This document shows positions 38,148 to 48,420 of a stretch of DNA of 64,000 bases, piece by piece (position 1 is the first letter of the stretch; each line of letters opens with the position of its first letter). The stretch lies in assembly GCA_964473825.1 (NCBI GenBank), contig CAYYQL010000011.1, positions 1 to 64,000 of the forward strand, written 5' to 3'. The position numbers were made by a program, and so were the translations under genes. Under the pieces are notes generated by a model that saw nothing but the letters and a program-made list of their open reading frames with translations, did no database searches and had not been told where the DNA came from. This stretch comes from an uncultured archaeon. GTDB lineage: Archaea > Asgardarchaeota > Thorarchaeia > Thorarchaeales > Thorarchaeaceae.

Positions 38148-38702
38148 CTAGTCCTCAGTAAGGCGGGGACCAATTCCATTATCAAAGGCCCACTCCATTA
38201 CTTGAGCAGCCTGGGCACTCGATATTCCCCAGACACGCAGATTAGATACCAGATTGTGAATTCCGGAGGCCCAATCGGACAGCACCTGCCTGATACGACC
38301 CATGATTCCGGGGTCTGTCACGTTCTCCATGAGAAGTAAGAGTTTTGCAACAAGACTCTGTGACAGGACGAGTATGGTCTCTAAACGTGCAATCCACTCC
38401 TCACGTGGTAGGCCACTCAAGGTCTGGACCACCGCAAGGTGGTAATCGTATTGAGTCGTGTAATATCTTAGGCGCCAACTCAGTATCTCAACCAGAAGAA
38501 CACGATGTGCGTTGCTTGGAGCAGTCTTCATGAGTAGTTTCAAGAACCGCTCACACATCTCATCTGCAGATTGACTCGCATCGTAGTACAATGCCATTGC
38601 CTGCTGATACTCTTGGTTTCTGAGGAGCTCGGCGGCCTCTTCGGTTGCCTTCTTGAATCTATCAAGAATGGCCCGTGTGGATTTCAGTTCCGAGCTCTCC
38701 AA
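38148..38702 (-). CDS. Hypothetical all-helical protein
   Basis: 184-aa ORF, GGTGA SD before TTG. Confidence 0.75.
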   Translation of the reverse strand: MESSELKSTRAILDRFKKATEEAAELLRNQEYQQAMALYYDASQSADEMCERFLKLLMKTAPSNAHRVLLVEILSWRLRYYTTQYDYHLAVVQTLSGLPREEWIARLETILVLSQSLVAKLLLLMENVTDPGIMGRIRQVLSDWASGIHNLVSNLRVWGISSAQAAQVMEWAFDNGIGPRLTED

Positions 38703-38729
38703 TTCACCATACCTCTTGTGCGGTTGTAT

Positions 38730-39158
38730 CTAGCTTTCGTCCCAATCAAGAGTCAAATAATCGCTTTCAACATCCAATACGCTAGCATGGCTTCGAATCC
38801 AGTTAGCAAACTCTTCAATCTTATGATTTGTTTCCACACTGAAATACCCCTCCCAAATGCAGGAATCCTCGAGTGGACAAAATCCTGTAGAATGAACCAT
38901 GTCCATGGATCGTTTCTTGATTTCGGAGAAGACCTCTTTTGCAGATTCGGTAAAGCCCTCAAGAGAGAAACTAACACGAATGAGGACCACCAACTCTCTG
39001 TCTAATCCAATGACACGGAGAAAGTGGCTCCTTGTCCCGATGACCAAAACAGGAGTACTGTCATTGATACCCATTTCTAGGCCGAAATCTCCAAGTAGAA
39101 GCTTGCCCTCTTCAACTCTGGTCACTTTACCCTTGGTGAGCGTCTTCAAGCTTCCCAT
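38730..39158 (-). CDS. Hypothetical protein (AbrB-like N-terminus, ACT-like C-terminus)
   Basis: TRVEEGKLLL; HSTGFC...CIWEGYF; overlaps upstream wHTH gene. Confidence 0.65.
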   Translation of the reverse strand: MGSLKTLTKGKVTRVEEGKLLLGDFGLEMGINDSTPVLVIGTRSHFLRVIGLDRELVVLIRVSFSLEGFTESAKEVFSEIKKRSMDMVHSTGFCPLEDSCIWEGYFSVETNHKIEEFANWIRSHASVLDVESDYLTLDWDES

Positions 39159-39421
39159 CCAAGAACCCTCTTCAAGAACGTTTCACCCAGAGGGGTGATA
39201 GCGTAGCCATTTGCATCACCGCTAAGTAGCCCTAGAGTCTTCAACAGAGGAATTTTGACTTCGAGACAGTGCTGAGTGACTGAGCTATAGCGCTTTAGCT
39301 CGTAGTCGTTCACACAGCCTTGTTTGATCAAAGTAAGAATGTCTATTCCCATGCCACCAATGAGATAGCGAATGCTCTCAGCACCGAAGCTGGCAATGGT
39401 CTTAGTATCGGATGACTCCAT
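39146..39421 (-). CDS. Winged-helix protein
   Basis: LLKTLGLL...YAITPLGETFL. Confidence 0.75.
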   Translation of the reverse strand: MESSDTKTIASFGAESIRYLIGGMGIDILTLIKQGCVNDYELKRYSSVTQHCLEVKIPLLKTLGLLSGDANGYAITPLGETFLKRVLGWEA

Positions 39422-39477
39422 ACTAAATTCTACAAATTCTACACCCTAAAAGGTGTCTAGGATGTATACCTGTCTAC

Positions 39478-40452
39478 TCATATGGGAGGCATATGAGAGT
39501 CCTTGTATTCGTCAGTTGCTTCCATCCAAATCTTGAACTCCTCCGATGGCGGATTGCTCTGGTATAGCAGTTGCCTTTCAGCCTCTAGACACTGCACATC
39601 TTCCTCCGCTACCTCAGCCATAGTTGTCACGCGATTTCCATTATCCTGCGCCGCATCATACACTGGTTGGAGCCATTCCTTCCATGACGTGGAACGCTGC
39701 AGGTGGTGATCTACAACGAGTGTCGGCACAGCAGATGCCAGTCTACACAGTGATTGCCGGGCCTTAGCTCGATGCTCCTCCGTGAATACATGCAGATAGA
39801 TGGGCGGACCTCCTACTATCATCAAATCAGAGTTCATCGAGAGAAGGGTGTCAGCCACATTCTGCTCAACGGGGCCCTGAACATCAGGAGCAAATACAAC
39901 CCGCGTAGAATCATACTCAACACAGGTCGCGATAACGTATCCAAGAGGGCTTGATCTAGGGCCATGACTCAAGGGTAGGGAGTACCGCAGGGTCGTATCC
40001 TCAAAACGAAAGTGCTTGCCATCATTCCATTTTATTGTCTTAGCGACATTCTCCACATCTTTCTGGAAGTAGTAGCCTCTACGGCGTTGTGACGGATTGA
40101 TATTCTCCCGGTTGTCCTTGGCCAGGACGACGCTGCCTTCAAACATTTGCTGCAATTCCTCCCGTGAACTCAGATTGTACCGAAAATTGGTGAAACCCGG
40201 CCTGATATGATCGAAGTGATAATGAGATATAGAGAGGATGTCGGCTTTCCGGGCTTCCACGAAGATTCTCTCTAAACGGCACTTGAGAGCTCTATACTCC
40301 AGCGGATGGGGTTCAAGACCCAATCTTTTTGCCAGCGCGGCAGAGGGGTCAAACAGCATACGCAAATTGGGCGTCACCATGGCTGTGCATAGGGAGCGCA
40401 CACCCATCGTTTCTGCAGCTATGGGGTAGACTTCAATATCTCCAACCTTCAA
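39478..40452 (-). CDS. UPF0282-like MBL-fold hydrolase
   Basis: AAETMGVRS, ISHYHFDH, INPSQRRR, PDVQGP, VDHHL. Confidence 0.88.
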   Translation of the reverse strand: MKVGDIEVYPIAAETMGVRSLCTAMVTPNLRMLFDPSAALAKRLGLEPHPLEYRALKCRLERIFVEARKADILSISHYHFDHIRPGFTNFRYNLSSREELQQMFEGSVVLAKDNRENINPSQRRRGYYFQKDVENVAKTIKWNDGKHFRFEDTTLRYSLPLSHGPRSSPLGYVIATCVEYDSTRVVFAPDVQGPVEQNVADTLLSMNSDLMIVGGPPIYLHVFTEEHRAKARQSLCRLASAVPTLVVDHHLQRSTSWKEWLQPVYDAAQDNGNRVTTMAEVAEEDVQCLEAERQLLYQSNPPSEEFKIWMEATDEYKDSHMPPI

Positions 40453-40970
40453 TCATAGGCCTTCCTATAGTAGTTCAGTTGGTATCCGTGTTTGTTTTGG
40501 GCAAGCTCTGCCTCATAGAGGATACCTGTCTCCCGATTCATCTCAAAGGATTCGAACATGTACCAGTCAGAAGGAATGAATTCCGACTTCGATGCCAGAA
40601 TATCAGGTTGAGTGAAAGCACTGAGCTCTCCCTCTCTAGACTCCCGTTGATAGTCAGAAACAACGGCATAACCCACAAAGATGAGGAAGTGGGCTTTGAG
40701 ATTGCCTTCCGAGTCAACCAGACGCTCAGAAACAATGCCACGAAATCCATAGTTCATGAGCCTGCTGGTGCCTGTCTCTTCCCGCACCTCGCGTTCAGCA
40801 GCTTCTCTAATATGCTCACCCAGATCAATCTTTCCTCCTACCAAGCTCCAGAGCCCGTCATATGGGGGTTTTCGTCTCTTGATGAAGAGATAACCATCCT
40901 GGTGCTTGAGGATTGTGATGACTATCGGCAACAAGGGAGCATTATCGGACACTGTATCAGACTGCATCAC
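40449..40970 (-). CDS. NUDIX hydrolase
   Basis: GGKIDLGEHIREAAEREVREETG Nudix box. Confidence 0.93.
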   Translation of the reverse strand: MMQSDTVSDNAPLLPIVITILKHQDGYLFIKRRKPPYDGLWSLVGGKIDLGEHIREAAEREVREETGTSRLMNYGFRGIVSERLVDSEGNLKAHFLIFVGYAVVSDYQRESREGELSAFTQPDILASKSEFIPSDWYMFESFEMNRETGILYEAELAQNKHGYQLNYYRKAYD

Positions 40971-41070
40971 TTATGCCAAGAGGGATGAAGCTCCTATAAA
41001 CTCTAGCTGAAACGAAGCATGCCGAAAGTTATTAGCAGACGCAAGATACCTCTCCCCCGGGTACTGTGGA

Positions 41071-42519
41071 TTGAGCGAACTACTGGAACCAGAAATGCGT
41101 GACCGGCTTCTTGCAGAGATTACTCCAAGTGACGAAGAACTGAGAAGACAGAGAAGCATTGTTGAAAATCTTGCCACAGCCCTGCGAGAGAGGGCTGAAG
41201 CAATTGGAGAGAACTATTCTTTCATTGAACCACATGGCTCAACTGGTGAGAAGCAGACACAGCTGAGAGGGGCAGCAGATGTTGACCTGTTTGTTGCTCT
41301 GGATCCTCAGGACTACGCATCGGTTCTTGAACGGTCTGCAACTGACAGGGAACGAATATTGAGCCATCGATTGGAAGTGCTTGTTGATGATTGGTTTCGT
41401 CCAGCTGCCGAGTCTACTGAAGCCAGCAATATCAAGAAGACCTACTCACAGCACCCATATCTGTCATTGGTCATGGGTGGACTGGAGGTGGACATTGTTG
41501 CCTGTTTTGACTTGCCTCCCCACTATCTCATGAATGAGGGGCCAATTACGGCGGTTGACCGTACTGTTCACCATACCAGATACGTATCCAACAGGCTTGA
41601 CGAGATACTCAGGGGCGATGTACGCCTGCTGAAGTCGTTCACACGGGCAGGTCATGCTTACGGAGACAAGTGTGCAGTCGGCAGGATGGGACTTACTGGA
41701 TATTGTCTAGAACTGATGGTCATATGGGGAGAGGGATTAGATGGAGCAATCAAATCACTACAATGCCTCCCGGAGGAGCCACTTGACCCACAGCATAGGA
41801 CCCTGAGGGAGCTTAAGAACAAGTCAAGGTTTAGAGATGATTATGTCTTTGTAATCGACCCCACAGACACAGACAGGAATGTGGCCTCCAGTTTCTCAAA
41901 AAGAAGTGTGGATTGGACAATCATGAGGGTTCACGACCTGCTCGAAACTCCTCTGGATGGTGATTCACAGATCATCTTTGATATGTTTCTTGAGAAACCT
42001 ATAAGCACAGCACCGTTACCCAGAGAATTGCAGAATCATTTCATAGGCTTCGAGTTCGAATCCTTGGGCTCTGAGCATTACACGGTCCTTCGAGATAAGC
42101 TGTATAGCTTGGCAAGCAAGATCAGAGAGAAGGTCGCAAGAGAACGGACAGGGGAGAAGAGGTTTGGCGATTGTGTCTTCGAATTGTATTTCGAGAAACC
42201 GAGATATGCCCTCGGATTCCTAGTAGAGCGGCTCTCTATCGAAAAGAAGTATCGCAGGCGGGGACCACCTACGAACATGAAGAGTGCTGCTGAGAAGTTC
42301 AAGTCTGAGCATCCCGAGGCCTATGAAGAGAGTGGATATCTGTGGATTAAGGATAGGAGGAAATGGATATCTGCAAGAGAGATAATCATCCACTTGATCA
42401 CCAAGAACAAAATAGAAGACCTAGAGATTCTCGACGAAACTGGGAATTTGACTAGAAAAGTTGGAAATGTCCTCCAAAAAGCAGTTCTGAGAGTAGAAGA
42501 TATGAAAATCGAAGAATGA
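41071..42519 (+). CDS. cca: CCA-adding enzyme (archaeal class I)
   Basis: HGS...DVDLF, HPY, VDIV, TAVDRTVHH, VRLLK, IDPTDTDRNVA. Confidence 0.9.
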   Translation: MSELLEPEMRDRLLAEITPSDEELRRQRSIVENLATALRERAEAIGENYSFIEPHGSTGEKQTQLRGAADVDLFVALDPQDYASVLERSATDRERILSHRLEVLVDDWFRPAAESTEASNIKKTYSQHPYLSLVMGGLEVDIVACFDLPPHYLMNEGPITAVDRTVHHTRYVSNRLDEILRGDVRLLKSFTRAGHAYGDKCAVGRMGLTGYCLELMVIWGEGLDGAIKSLQCLPEEPLDPQHRTLRELKNKSRFRDDYVFVIDPTDTDRNVASSFSKRSVDWTIMRVHDLLETPLDGDSQIIFDMFLEKPISTAPLPRELQNHFIGFEFESLGSEHYTVLRDKLYSLASKIREKVARERTGEKRFGDCVFELYFEKPRYALGFLVERLSIEKKYRRRGPPTNMKSAAEKFKSEHPEAYEESGYLWIKDRRKWISAREIIIHLITKNKIEDLEILDETGNLTRKVGNVLQKAVLRVEDMKIEE

Positions 42520-42565
42520 CAAGGATTTAATGAAACAATGCTCTGCACCACAATGGTGAACATCT

Positions 42566-43639
42566 GTGGCCTGGGACAGAATGCTATTACTCTCACATCC
42601 GAGCTCGATCCAGCACAACATGCCATTTCCGCGACCTCATCTGGAGTCCTTTGAGAACCCATTGAGAGTACAGATGGCAGAGCTCTACCTGAAAGAACGA
42701 GGAATCTTGGAAAAGATGAATACCCAGCGTGCACCAGAAGTGCCCATCGAGATGGCACTCAGCGTTCATAGTGAGTATCTGGTTGACTCGGTCAGAATCA
42801 TGACAGAATTGGGCAGTGGTCAACTCGGAGAGGCATCGTATGCTAGTCCAGAACTCTTACACAGCGCTCTCCATGCCGTCGGAGGAGCAGTTCGTGCGGC
42901 GGAGGCGGTCTATGAAAAGGAAGCCAAACATGCCTTTTCGCTCATGCGTCCTCCAGGCCACCATGCATCGGCCTCCACTGCAACGGGGCTGTGTTACTTC
43001 AACAACATTGCGATTGCAGTGAGAACGCTCCAAGCCAAGGAGGGCGTTGAACGAGTCAGCATCATTGATTTCGATGACCACCACGGCAACGGCACAACGG
43101 ACATATTCTATTCTGACCCAGATGTGCAATATATCTCGATTCATGAGTATGACTACCAGAACTACGGCAGCGGCCACTTCTCAGAGATTGGATATGGTGA
43201 CGCGGCAGGCACCAACGTGAACATCCCACTCATCGATTTCTCCCCCGATGCGTCCTACAAAATTGCCTTTGATAGAATTGTAAAACCTGCGGTCAAATCC
43301 TTTGCCCCCGACATCATAGGGGTCTCAGCCGGATATGACCCCCATTATGCAGACCCTGTAGGAAACATGGACGTTGACAGCTCCACGTTTCATCTCATCG
43401 GAAAAGACATCTCAGATCTAGTGCGTGATGTGAAGGCACTGGGCTCATTTTGGGTACTAGAGGGAGGGTACAATCCGTTTGCAATTGGACCGTCCATTGA
43501 GGCATCGCTCCATGGGCTGGCTGGAAAGTCACTGCCCTCGCTCCAAGACCAAGTGGACAGAGAAGTCAACCAACCAATTGTGGAGAGCAATGAAAGCATC
43601 ATCGACACCATAATTGAGATGTTCAGTTCTTTCTGGTGA
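42566..43639 (+). CDS. Histone deacetylase / AcuC family deacylase
   Basis: RPPGHHA, GLCYFNN, DFDDHHGNGT, SAGYD, LEGGY. Confidence 0.95.
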   Translation: MAWDRMLLLSHPSSIQHNMPFPRPHLESFENPLRVQMAELYLKERGILEKMNTQRAPEVPIEMALSVHSEYLVDSVRIMTELGSGQLGEASYASPELLHSALHAVGGAVRAAEAVYEKEAKHAFSLMRPPGHHASASTATGLCYFNNIAIAVRTLQAKEGVERVSIIDFDDHHGNGTTDIFYSDPDVQYISIHEYDYQNYGSGHFSEIGYGDAAGTNVNIPLIDFSPDASYKIAFDRIVKPAVKSFAPDIIGVSAGYDPHYADPVGNMDVDSSTFHLIGKDISDLVRDVKALGSFWVLEGGYNPFAIGPSIEASLHGLAGKSLPSLQDQVDREVNQPIVESNESIIDTIIEMFSSFW

Positions 43640-43711
43640 TTTGGTGTAAGGCACAAGATTTTAAGGTCAGCCTCTGAGGCCCCGTTGACGAACCCGTACG
43701 GTGGTTAAGAA

Positions 43712-43984
43712 TTGGCTAAAAAGAGAAAATCAGGTGGCCGAAGCAAGGGCAAGTCCGGAAAGACAGGCACTGTACAATGCTCTAAGTGTGGAAGGTTAGT
43801 TCCGGCAGATAAAGCAAAGAAATACACACGTCGTGTCTCTCCTGTTGATCCACAGCTGGCCCGGGAATTGCGGCAACAGGGTGCATTCATTCATACCCGA
43901 AAGGTAACGCAATACTACTGCATTAGTTGCGCTGTACACTCTGGAAGAGTACATATCCGAGAAGAGGACAAGCGCAAAGACTGA
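43712..43984 (+). CDS. rps26e: 30S ribosomal protein S26e
   Basis: KKRKSGGR, VQCSKCGRLVPADKA, YCISCAVH. Confidence 0.96.
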   Translation: MAKKRKSGGRSKGKSGKTGTVQCSKCGRLVPADKAKKYTRRVSPVDPQLARELRQQGAFIHTRKVTQYYCISCAVHSGRVHIREEDKRKD

Positions 43985-44062
43985 GAACAAATGCACCATG
44001 CCCGAAACCTGCACACATAAGGGATTGGCAAGCGAATACTTACGTGGCAGCTGATATTCCAG

Positions 44063-44659
44063 ATGACTCGAGAAAAACCCATGTTGAGATTCATCCAGCT
44101 ACTTCTTGACGGCCCAGAAGATGGAAATTTCATTTTGAAGGATCTGCCCGGGTCCGGGAAGAGAATAGATCTTCTCTGCCGCGACCTTGCTGCATGTTTT
44201 GATTGGGGCCCTGAAGACTGGCCCAAAGACCGACTCGAACTCATCGCTCTGTTACCAAGCAATACTACACTCACATTCCGCTGCCCCGATGGGGAGATTC
44301 CTGTTGGAGAGAGAGCCTGGGCAGAAGAAATCAAAGCAGTTCTGGATGGACATGAGAGCAACCTGATAGAGAAGGAATTGACTGAACTGGAGAGAGTAAT
44401 CCAGAAGCTTCTCGCAGAGGAGAACAGCAGGCTTTGGGTACTTGAAGAGAATGGAACGGATATCAGATCTCTTACCGATCTAGATGCAGAATCGCAGAAC
44501 AGTTTTATCCTCGGAGACCATCAAGGATTTGGCCATGCTGTCCTACAGACAATCCATCAGTACGAAATCACACCAATCTCAGTGGGGCCGCGTAGCTACC
44601 TTAGCAGTCACTGCATTGCAGCTGTAATCTCGGAATTTGAAGGGATGAAACATAGATGA
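44063..44659 (+). CDS. trmY: tRNA (pseudouridine54-N1)-methyltransferase, SPOUT
   Basis: DLPGSGKRIDLLCR, FILGDHQG, ISVGPRSYLSSHCI. Confidence 0.85.
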   Translation: MTREKPMLRFIQLLLDGPEDGNFILKDLPGSGKRIDLLCRDLAACFDWGPEDWPKDRLELIALLPSNTTLTFRCPDGEIPVGERAWAEEIKAVLDGHESNLIEKELTELERVIQKLLAEENSRLWVLEENGTDIRSLTDLDAESQNSFILGDHQGFGHAVLQTIHQYEITPISVGPRSYLSSHCIAAVISEFEGMKHR

Positions 44660-45003
44660 ACCCGTCTTCAGACCAGCCAAAAGCGATTCATAGATTGGTG
44701 AAGAAGCTTACAAAAGAGATGCTGTGGATCTACATGCTACGCCTTCTACAGGAGAAACCACGCTACGGTTACGAAATCAAGAATCTGGTCACTGAAAGAT
44801 TTGGATTCTCGCCCGCTACAGTGAGCGGCTATGCAATCATCTATCGCCTTGTGAAGGATGGGCTGATTGAAGCACAAGAACGGGATGGCTCAACACGGAA
44901 GTATTATGCCATAACCGAGGAGGGACTGCAGGCAATGAAAGATGCAAAGGAGTTCCTTCTCAAAACTCTTGAGACAGTCTTTGATCTCACAGAAATCACT
45001 TAG
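44656..45003 (+). CDS. PadR family transcriptional regulator
   Basis: PRYGYEI, RLVKDGLI, RKYYAITEEG. Confidence 0.92.
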   Translation: MNPSSDQPKAIHRLVKKLTKEMLWIYMLRLLQEKPRYGYEIKNLVTERFGFSPATVSGYAIIYRLVKDGLIEAQERDGSTRKYYAITEEGLQAMKDAKEFLLKTLETVFDLTEIT

Positions 45004-45911
45004 CGAATGCTGATTCCGGTATAGACCAGTTCTGAACGCTTCTTTACTTGGGCATAGGTCATTTCCGGAGTGCAACCCAATCGTTCAATCATGAGACTGG
45101 CTGCTGCGGTCCCAAATGCGCCACACTGGAGAAGATTACCGCCATCCAGCAACCTCAGTGCGAAGGCAGCCATGAATGCATCTCCCGCACCATATGGTTC
45201 GGTGATTGAGGTCTGATAGGCTGGAACAACATAGAAGTCCGCTCCATCATAGATTATACTACCGTCAGAATCCAGAGTTACAGCGGCAAGGGGAGCTCCC
45301 CATTCCACCAGAGTCTCAGCAGCAACATATGGATCCTTATGATTGGTCATGAGTAATGCTTCAGTGCGGTTGGGTTTGACCATATCTACAAAATCTAGAA
45401 TATGACGGATTGTAGGAGTGTCAACGTGCGCAGCCAATCCTCTGTCAGGACGAACACGGTATAGCTGAGGGTCCCAAAGAATTCTTGCGTCAGACGAATT
45501 GGCAATCCACTCGACGAGTTCTAGGTCTACCTCTTGGAGTACCGGGCTGAGAATGATGCAGTCTGTCCTCAAGAACTCCTCGGGAATATCACGTATTCTG
45601 ATGGGGTTGCCAACTCCCACGAGTTCATTCGTTCTGGTTCTGTCCTGAGCAACGTTGAACCTGAACTCGTTCGTTTCGTTGCATTCAGCCAGATGACGCT
45701 CTTCGATTCCACAGGAATCCAGATCAGCAAACATCTGTTCCCTCATATCCGCCGGACTGCAACCAACGAATGCACACTCATGAACTCCAAGCTTGACAAT
45801 GACTTGGGCGGTGTGTATGGCTGGACCAGAAGGGATGACCTGCGTTTGCTCATTTGATTCGTAACTGACTTTGCGGTATGCAGGGTTTCCGACGACAACT
45901 GCTCTATACAT
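45000..45911 (-). CDS. PfkB/ribokinase family kinase
   Basis: WDPQ, KPNRTEA, VTLDSDGS, GAGDAF; ATG at 45911 overlaps upstream stop. Confidence 0.9.
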   Translation of the reverse strand: MYRAVVVGNPAYRKVSYESNEQTQVIPSGPAIHTAQVIVKLGVHECAFVGCSPADMREQMFADLDSCGIEERHLAECNETNEFRFNVAQDRTRTNELVGVGNPIRIRDIPEEFLRTDCIILSPVLQEVDLELVEWIANSSDARILWDPQLYRVRPDRGLAAHVDTPTIRHILDFVDMVKPNRTEALLMTNHKDPYVAAETLVEWGAPLAAVTLDSDGSIIYDGADFYVVPAYQTSITEPYGAGDAFMAAFALRLLDGGNLLQCGAFGTAAASLMIERLGCTPEMTYAQVKKRSELVYTGISIR

Positions 45912-46629
45912 TCTGAGCCGCTTCCTGTGACGTAATGATTCTCCTCGCATATGCCAAACGCTGAGCTACTGTGATGTGAGACAGGATAGCAACAATCACA
46001 ATGCAGACGGTGAGTATATTGGTGATTTCTACTGTTGCGAAGAATGCGACGACTGCTGGCGGGAACATGTTGAGGAAATCCATCCAGATATTCGTGGCGG
46101 GGAGTGCAAGCAACAAAATACCTGCGAACTGGAGTAGAAGTTTTTCTTGTCGTTCGGCGATACCTACAGCACAATCATCCATTCCCCCAATGGATTCTGC
46201 CTTTGCACGGGAGTAACTTGCCATCAGCATGCCGAAGAGTGCGACAAAGCCCCAGAACCAAGGAATGAAAGTGTCACCCGCGGTATATGGCCACCACACA
46301 ATGTTGGGAGTTCCAGATGGGCCTGCCATAAGTCCAAGCATGAAGAAGAACTCCGCGTATCTATCGAGAGTGTGGTCGAATGTAGCACCAAATCGAGATG
46401 CGAGATTCGCCGCGCGTGCAACAGCCCCATCAAACATGTCCATAACAACGGTCAGTAACATAACTAGAAAGCCGAGCAGTAGTGCTCCTGAGTAAAAAAA
46501 GTAAGCGCTGGCCATCGCAACCATGAGAGTCAGCCCCGTTATGGCATTTGGTGTTAGACCAGTCCGGGCTAGGGCCCTACCCACCGGCATCATTGCGTCC
46601 TGATATCTATCTCTCAGTCTTCCCAGCAT
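45904..46629 (-). CDS. CDP-alcohol phosphatidyltransferase (archaetidylinositol-phosphate synthase-like)
   Basis: TPNAIT, DMFDGAVAR...FGATFDHTLDR, SYSRAKAE, GIAERQE. Confidence 0.92.
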   Translation of the reverse strand: MLGRLRDRYQDAMMPVGRALARTGLTPNAITGLTLMVAMASAYFFYSGALLLGFLVMLLTVVMDMFDGAVARAANLASRFGATFDHTLDRYAEFFFMLGLMAGPSGTPNIVWWPYTAGDTFIPWFWGFVALFGMLMASYSRAKAESIGGMDDCAVGIAERQEKLLLQFAGILLLALPATNIWMDFLNMFPPAVVAFFATVEITNILTVCIVIVAILSHITVAQRLAYARRIITSQEAAQNV

Positions 46630-46706
46630 CTATATCACAGGCCACGTTTTGTCGCCCACTTTCGACTCGCTAATAAAGCTGTTGAGAAGTCCAATCGAGT
46701 AGTAAC

Positions 46707-48377
46707 TTACAGTACTGATTCTAGTCTCTGACTCACCCAATCGGCTCCGAGGAGATTGAGGAGAGGACCTAACCTAGGACCCGATTTTCTCGAGATGAGT
46801 AGCTGATAGAATAAGGCGAAGGCGCGGCGTGGCTTCATTCCAACGCTCCTTGCAGTCTCAAACACAGCGGTCTGCAGCTCTTCATCATCTCTCGATGGCC
46901 CCCTCAACACCTCAAGCATCTTAGCAAGAAACTCGAGATTTTGATCACTTAGATTTTGGCGCACATCTTTGGGTACTTCTTCAGTGATTCTGATTTTATC
47001 CTGGTCAGATCCAAACTCTCGAACCCAGTTCTTAGCTCGGCTCAGACGTATTGGAATATGTGCTAGCGTCGCAGGAGGGATATCATCAATATCATGTTGT
47101 TTTCTAATAGCCTCCTTGCATCGCTCCATAACCACTTCCTGTCCCAGTAAGTCCTCCAGCTGTGAAGTGACTATTGCGAATTTGTAGGATAGTTTCGGAG
47201 TGAACTGCTCGCTAGGCTGTGTAGGTTCACTCAACGGATACAGCAGATCTGCGAGTTCTTTCTCCTCGGGAGTGGAATCATCGATTCCATAGAAGACGCG
47301 TTCAAAGCGTTCATACTGATCCACAGAATCGGGAATTCGTTCCGGCTGGATGTTGATTGTTCTCTTCAAGTCAGTCTTCAACATCAGAAATCTGTAGAGC
47401 TCAGGAGGAGCAATCTCGAGCCATGTCTTTGGAATGAACACTATCCCCTCAGACGTGGCCATGTCTCGACCACCAATCTGAACCCATTCGTAGGGAACTT
47501 TAACGGGCCCCTTCCACCCGAAGACTCTTCGAGATACTTCAAGACCTGTGTCGTAGGAACCACCCTTGACAGCATGGTCTTTGCCTGCAGGTTCACATGT
47601 GACTCTGAAAAGGTGCCACTTGGCAGGCCAGTCAACTCTCCAAGTCAGTTTAACGCGGACATCACTCAGGGGTAGAGTTGCAGCATAGCCACATCCTGGA
47701 CAGGCAAAACTCACCTCGTCGTTGGCTGCATCATATTCCGTGACTCTATTCGGCTCAATTCCACCCTTCACACCACTCTGCAATCGCCCGCACTTAGGAC
47801 AGACTACCGAAGCAGGGAACCAAGTCTTCATGGCTTCGAGATACTGCTGCCTCTGCTCATCGTTGAAGTCACGAGATACAAATTCTACCATGATGTCACG
47901 AATGGTCTCAGTCTTGCCTAGACAGATGCGAACCTCTTCAAGCATTCCTGGAGTTTTATAGAGCTTGGATGTCCAGACAATCTCAGGATCGAGTCCGAAC
48001 TCAGGAAATGTCGCGATTAGCTCATTAGCCCAATGTGCACCATAGCTCTCACAACACCCGAACTCGTCAGGTACGTCAGAATATGGAACTCCTGCATATT
48101 TCTCCAAGGAAAGCGATGTCGAAGGAGGAAAGGACCTCACAGGATCATAGTCGTCAATGACGAACATGGTTCGGGCCTTCTTACCCCGCTCCAAGAGCCT
48201 CCGTTTGATGACATCACATACAATCAGCTCTCTCAGTATGCCTATGTGGATTTGTCCACTTGGACTCTTGCCAGCAGATATCAGATAGCTGTCAACATCG
48301 CGAGCAAGAACCCTGTCCACAACGTCCTGAATCCAATGAATTGAGAATTCCTGTTCGTCCGCATTGGGCATTGTCAT
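46707..48377 (-). CDS. lysS: Lysine--tRNA ligase, class I
   Basis: SPSGQIHIG, KLTWRVDWPAKW, GKDH, MATSEG, GPRLG. Confidence 0.96.
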   Translation of the reverse strand: MTMPNADEQEFSIHWIQDVVDRVLARDVDSYLISAGKSPSGQIHIGILRELIVCDVIKRRLLERGKKARTMFVIDDYDPVRSFPPSTSLSLEKYAGVPYSDVPDEFGCCESYGAHWANELIATFPEFGLDPEIVWTSKLYKTPGMLEEVRICLGKTETIRDIMVEFVSRDFNDEQRQQYLEAMKTWFPASVVCPKCGRLQSGVKGGIEPNRVTEYDAANDEVSFACPGCGYAATLPLSDVRVKLTWRVDWPAKWHLFRVTCEPAGKDHAVKGGSYDTGLEVSRRVFGWKGPVKVPYEWVQIGGRDMATSEGIVFIPKTWLEIAPPELYRFLMLKTDLKRTINIQPERIPDSVDQYERFERVFYGIDDSTPEEKELADLLYPLSEPTQPSEQFTPKLSYKFAIVTSQLEDLLGQEVVMERCKEAIRKQHDIDDIPPATLAHIPIRLSRAKNWVREFGSDQDKIRITEEVPKDVRQNLSDQNLEFLAKMLEVLRGPSRDDEELQTAVFETARSVGMKPRRAFALFYQLLISRKSGPRLGPLLNLLGADWVSQRLESVL

Positions 48378-48420
48378 ATCCCTAGAATTGGCCGTTCCCT
48401 TGGTCTAAAGAAGCTTATCG

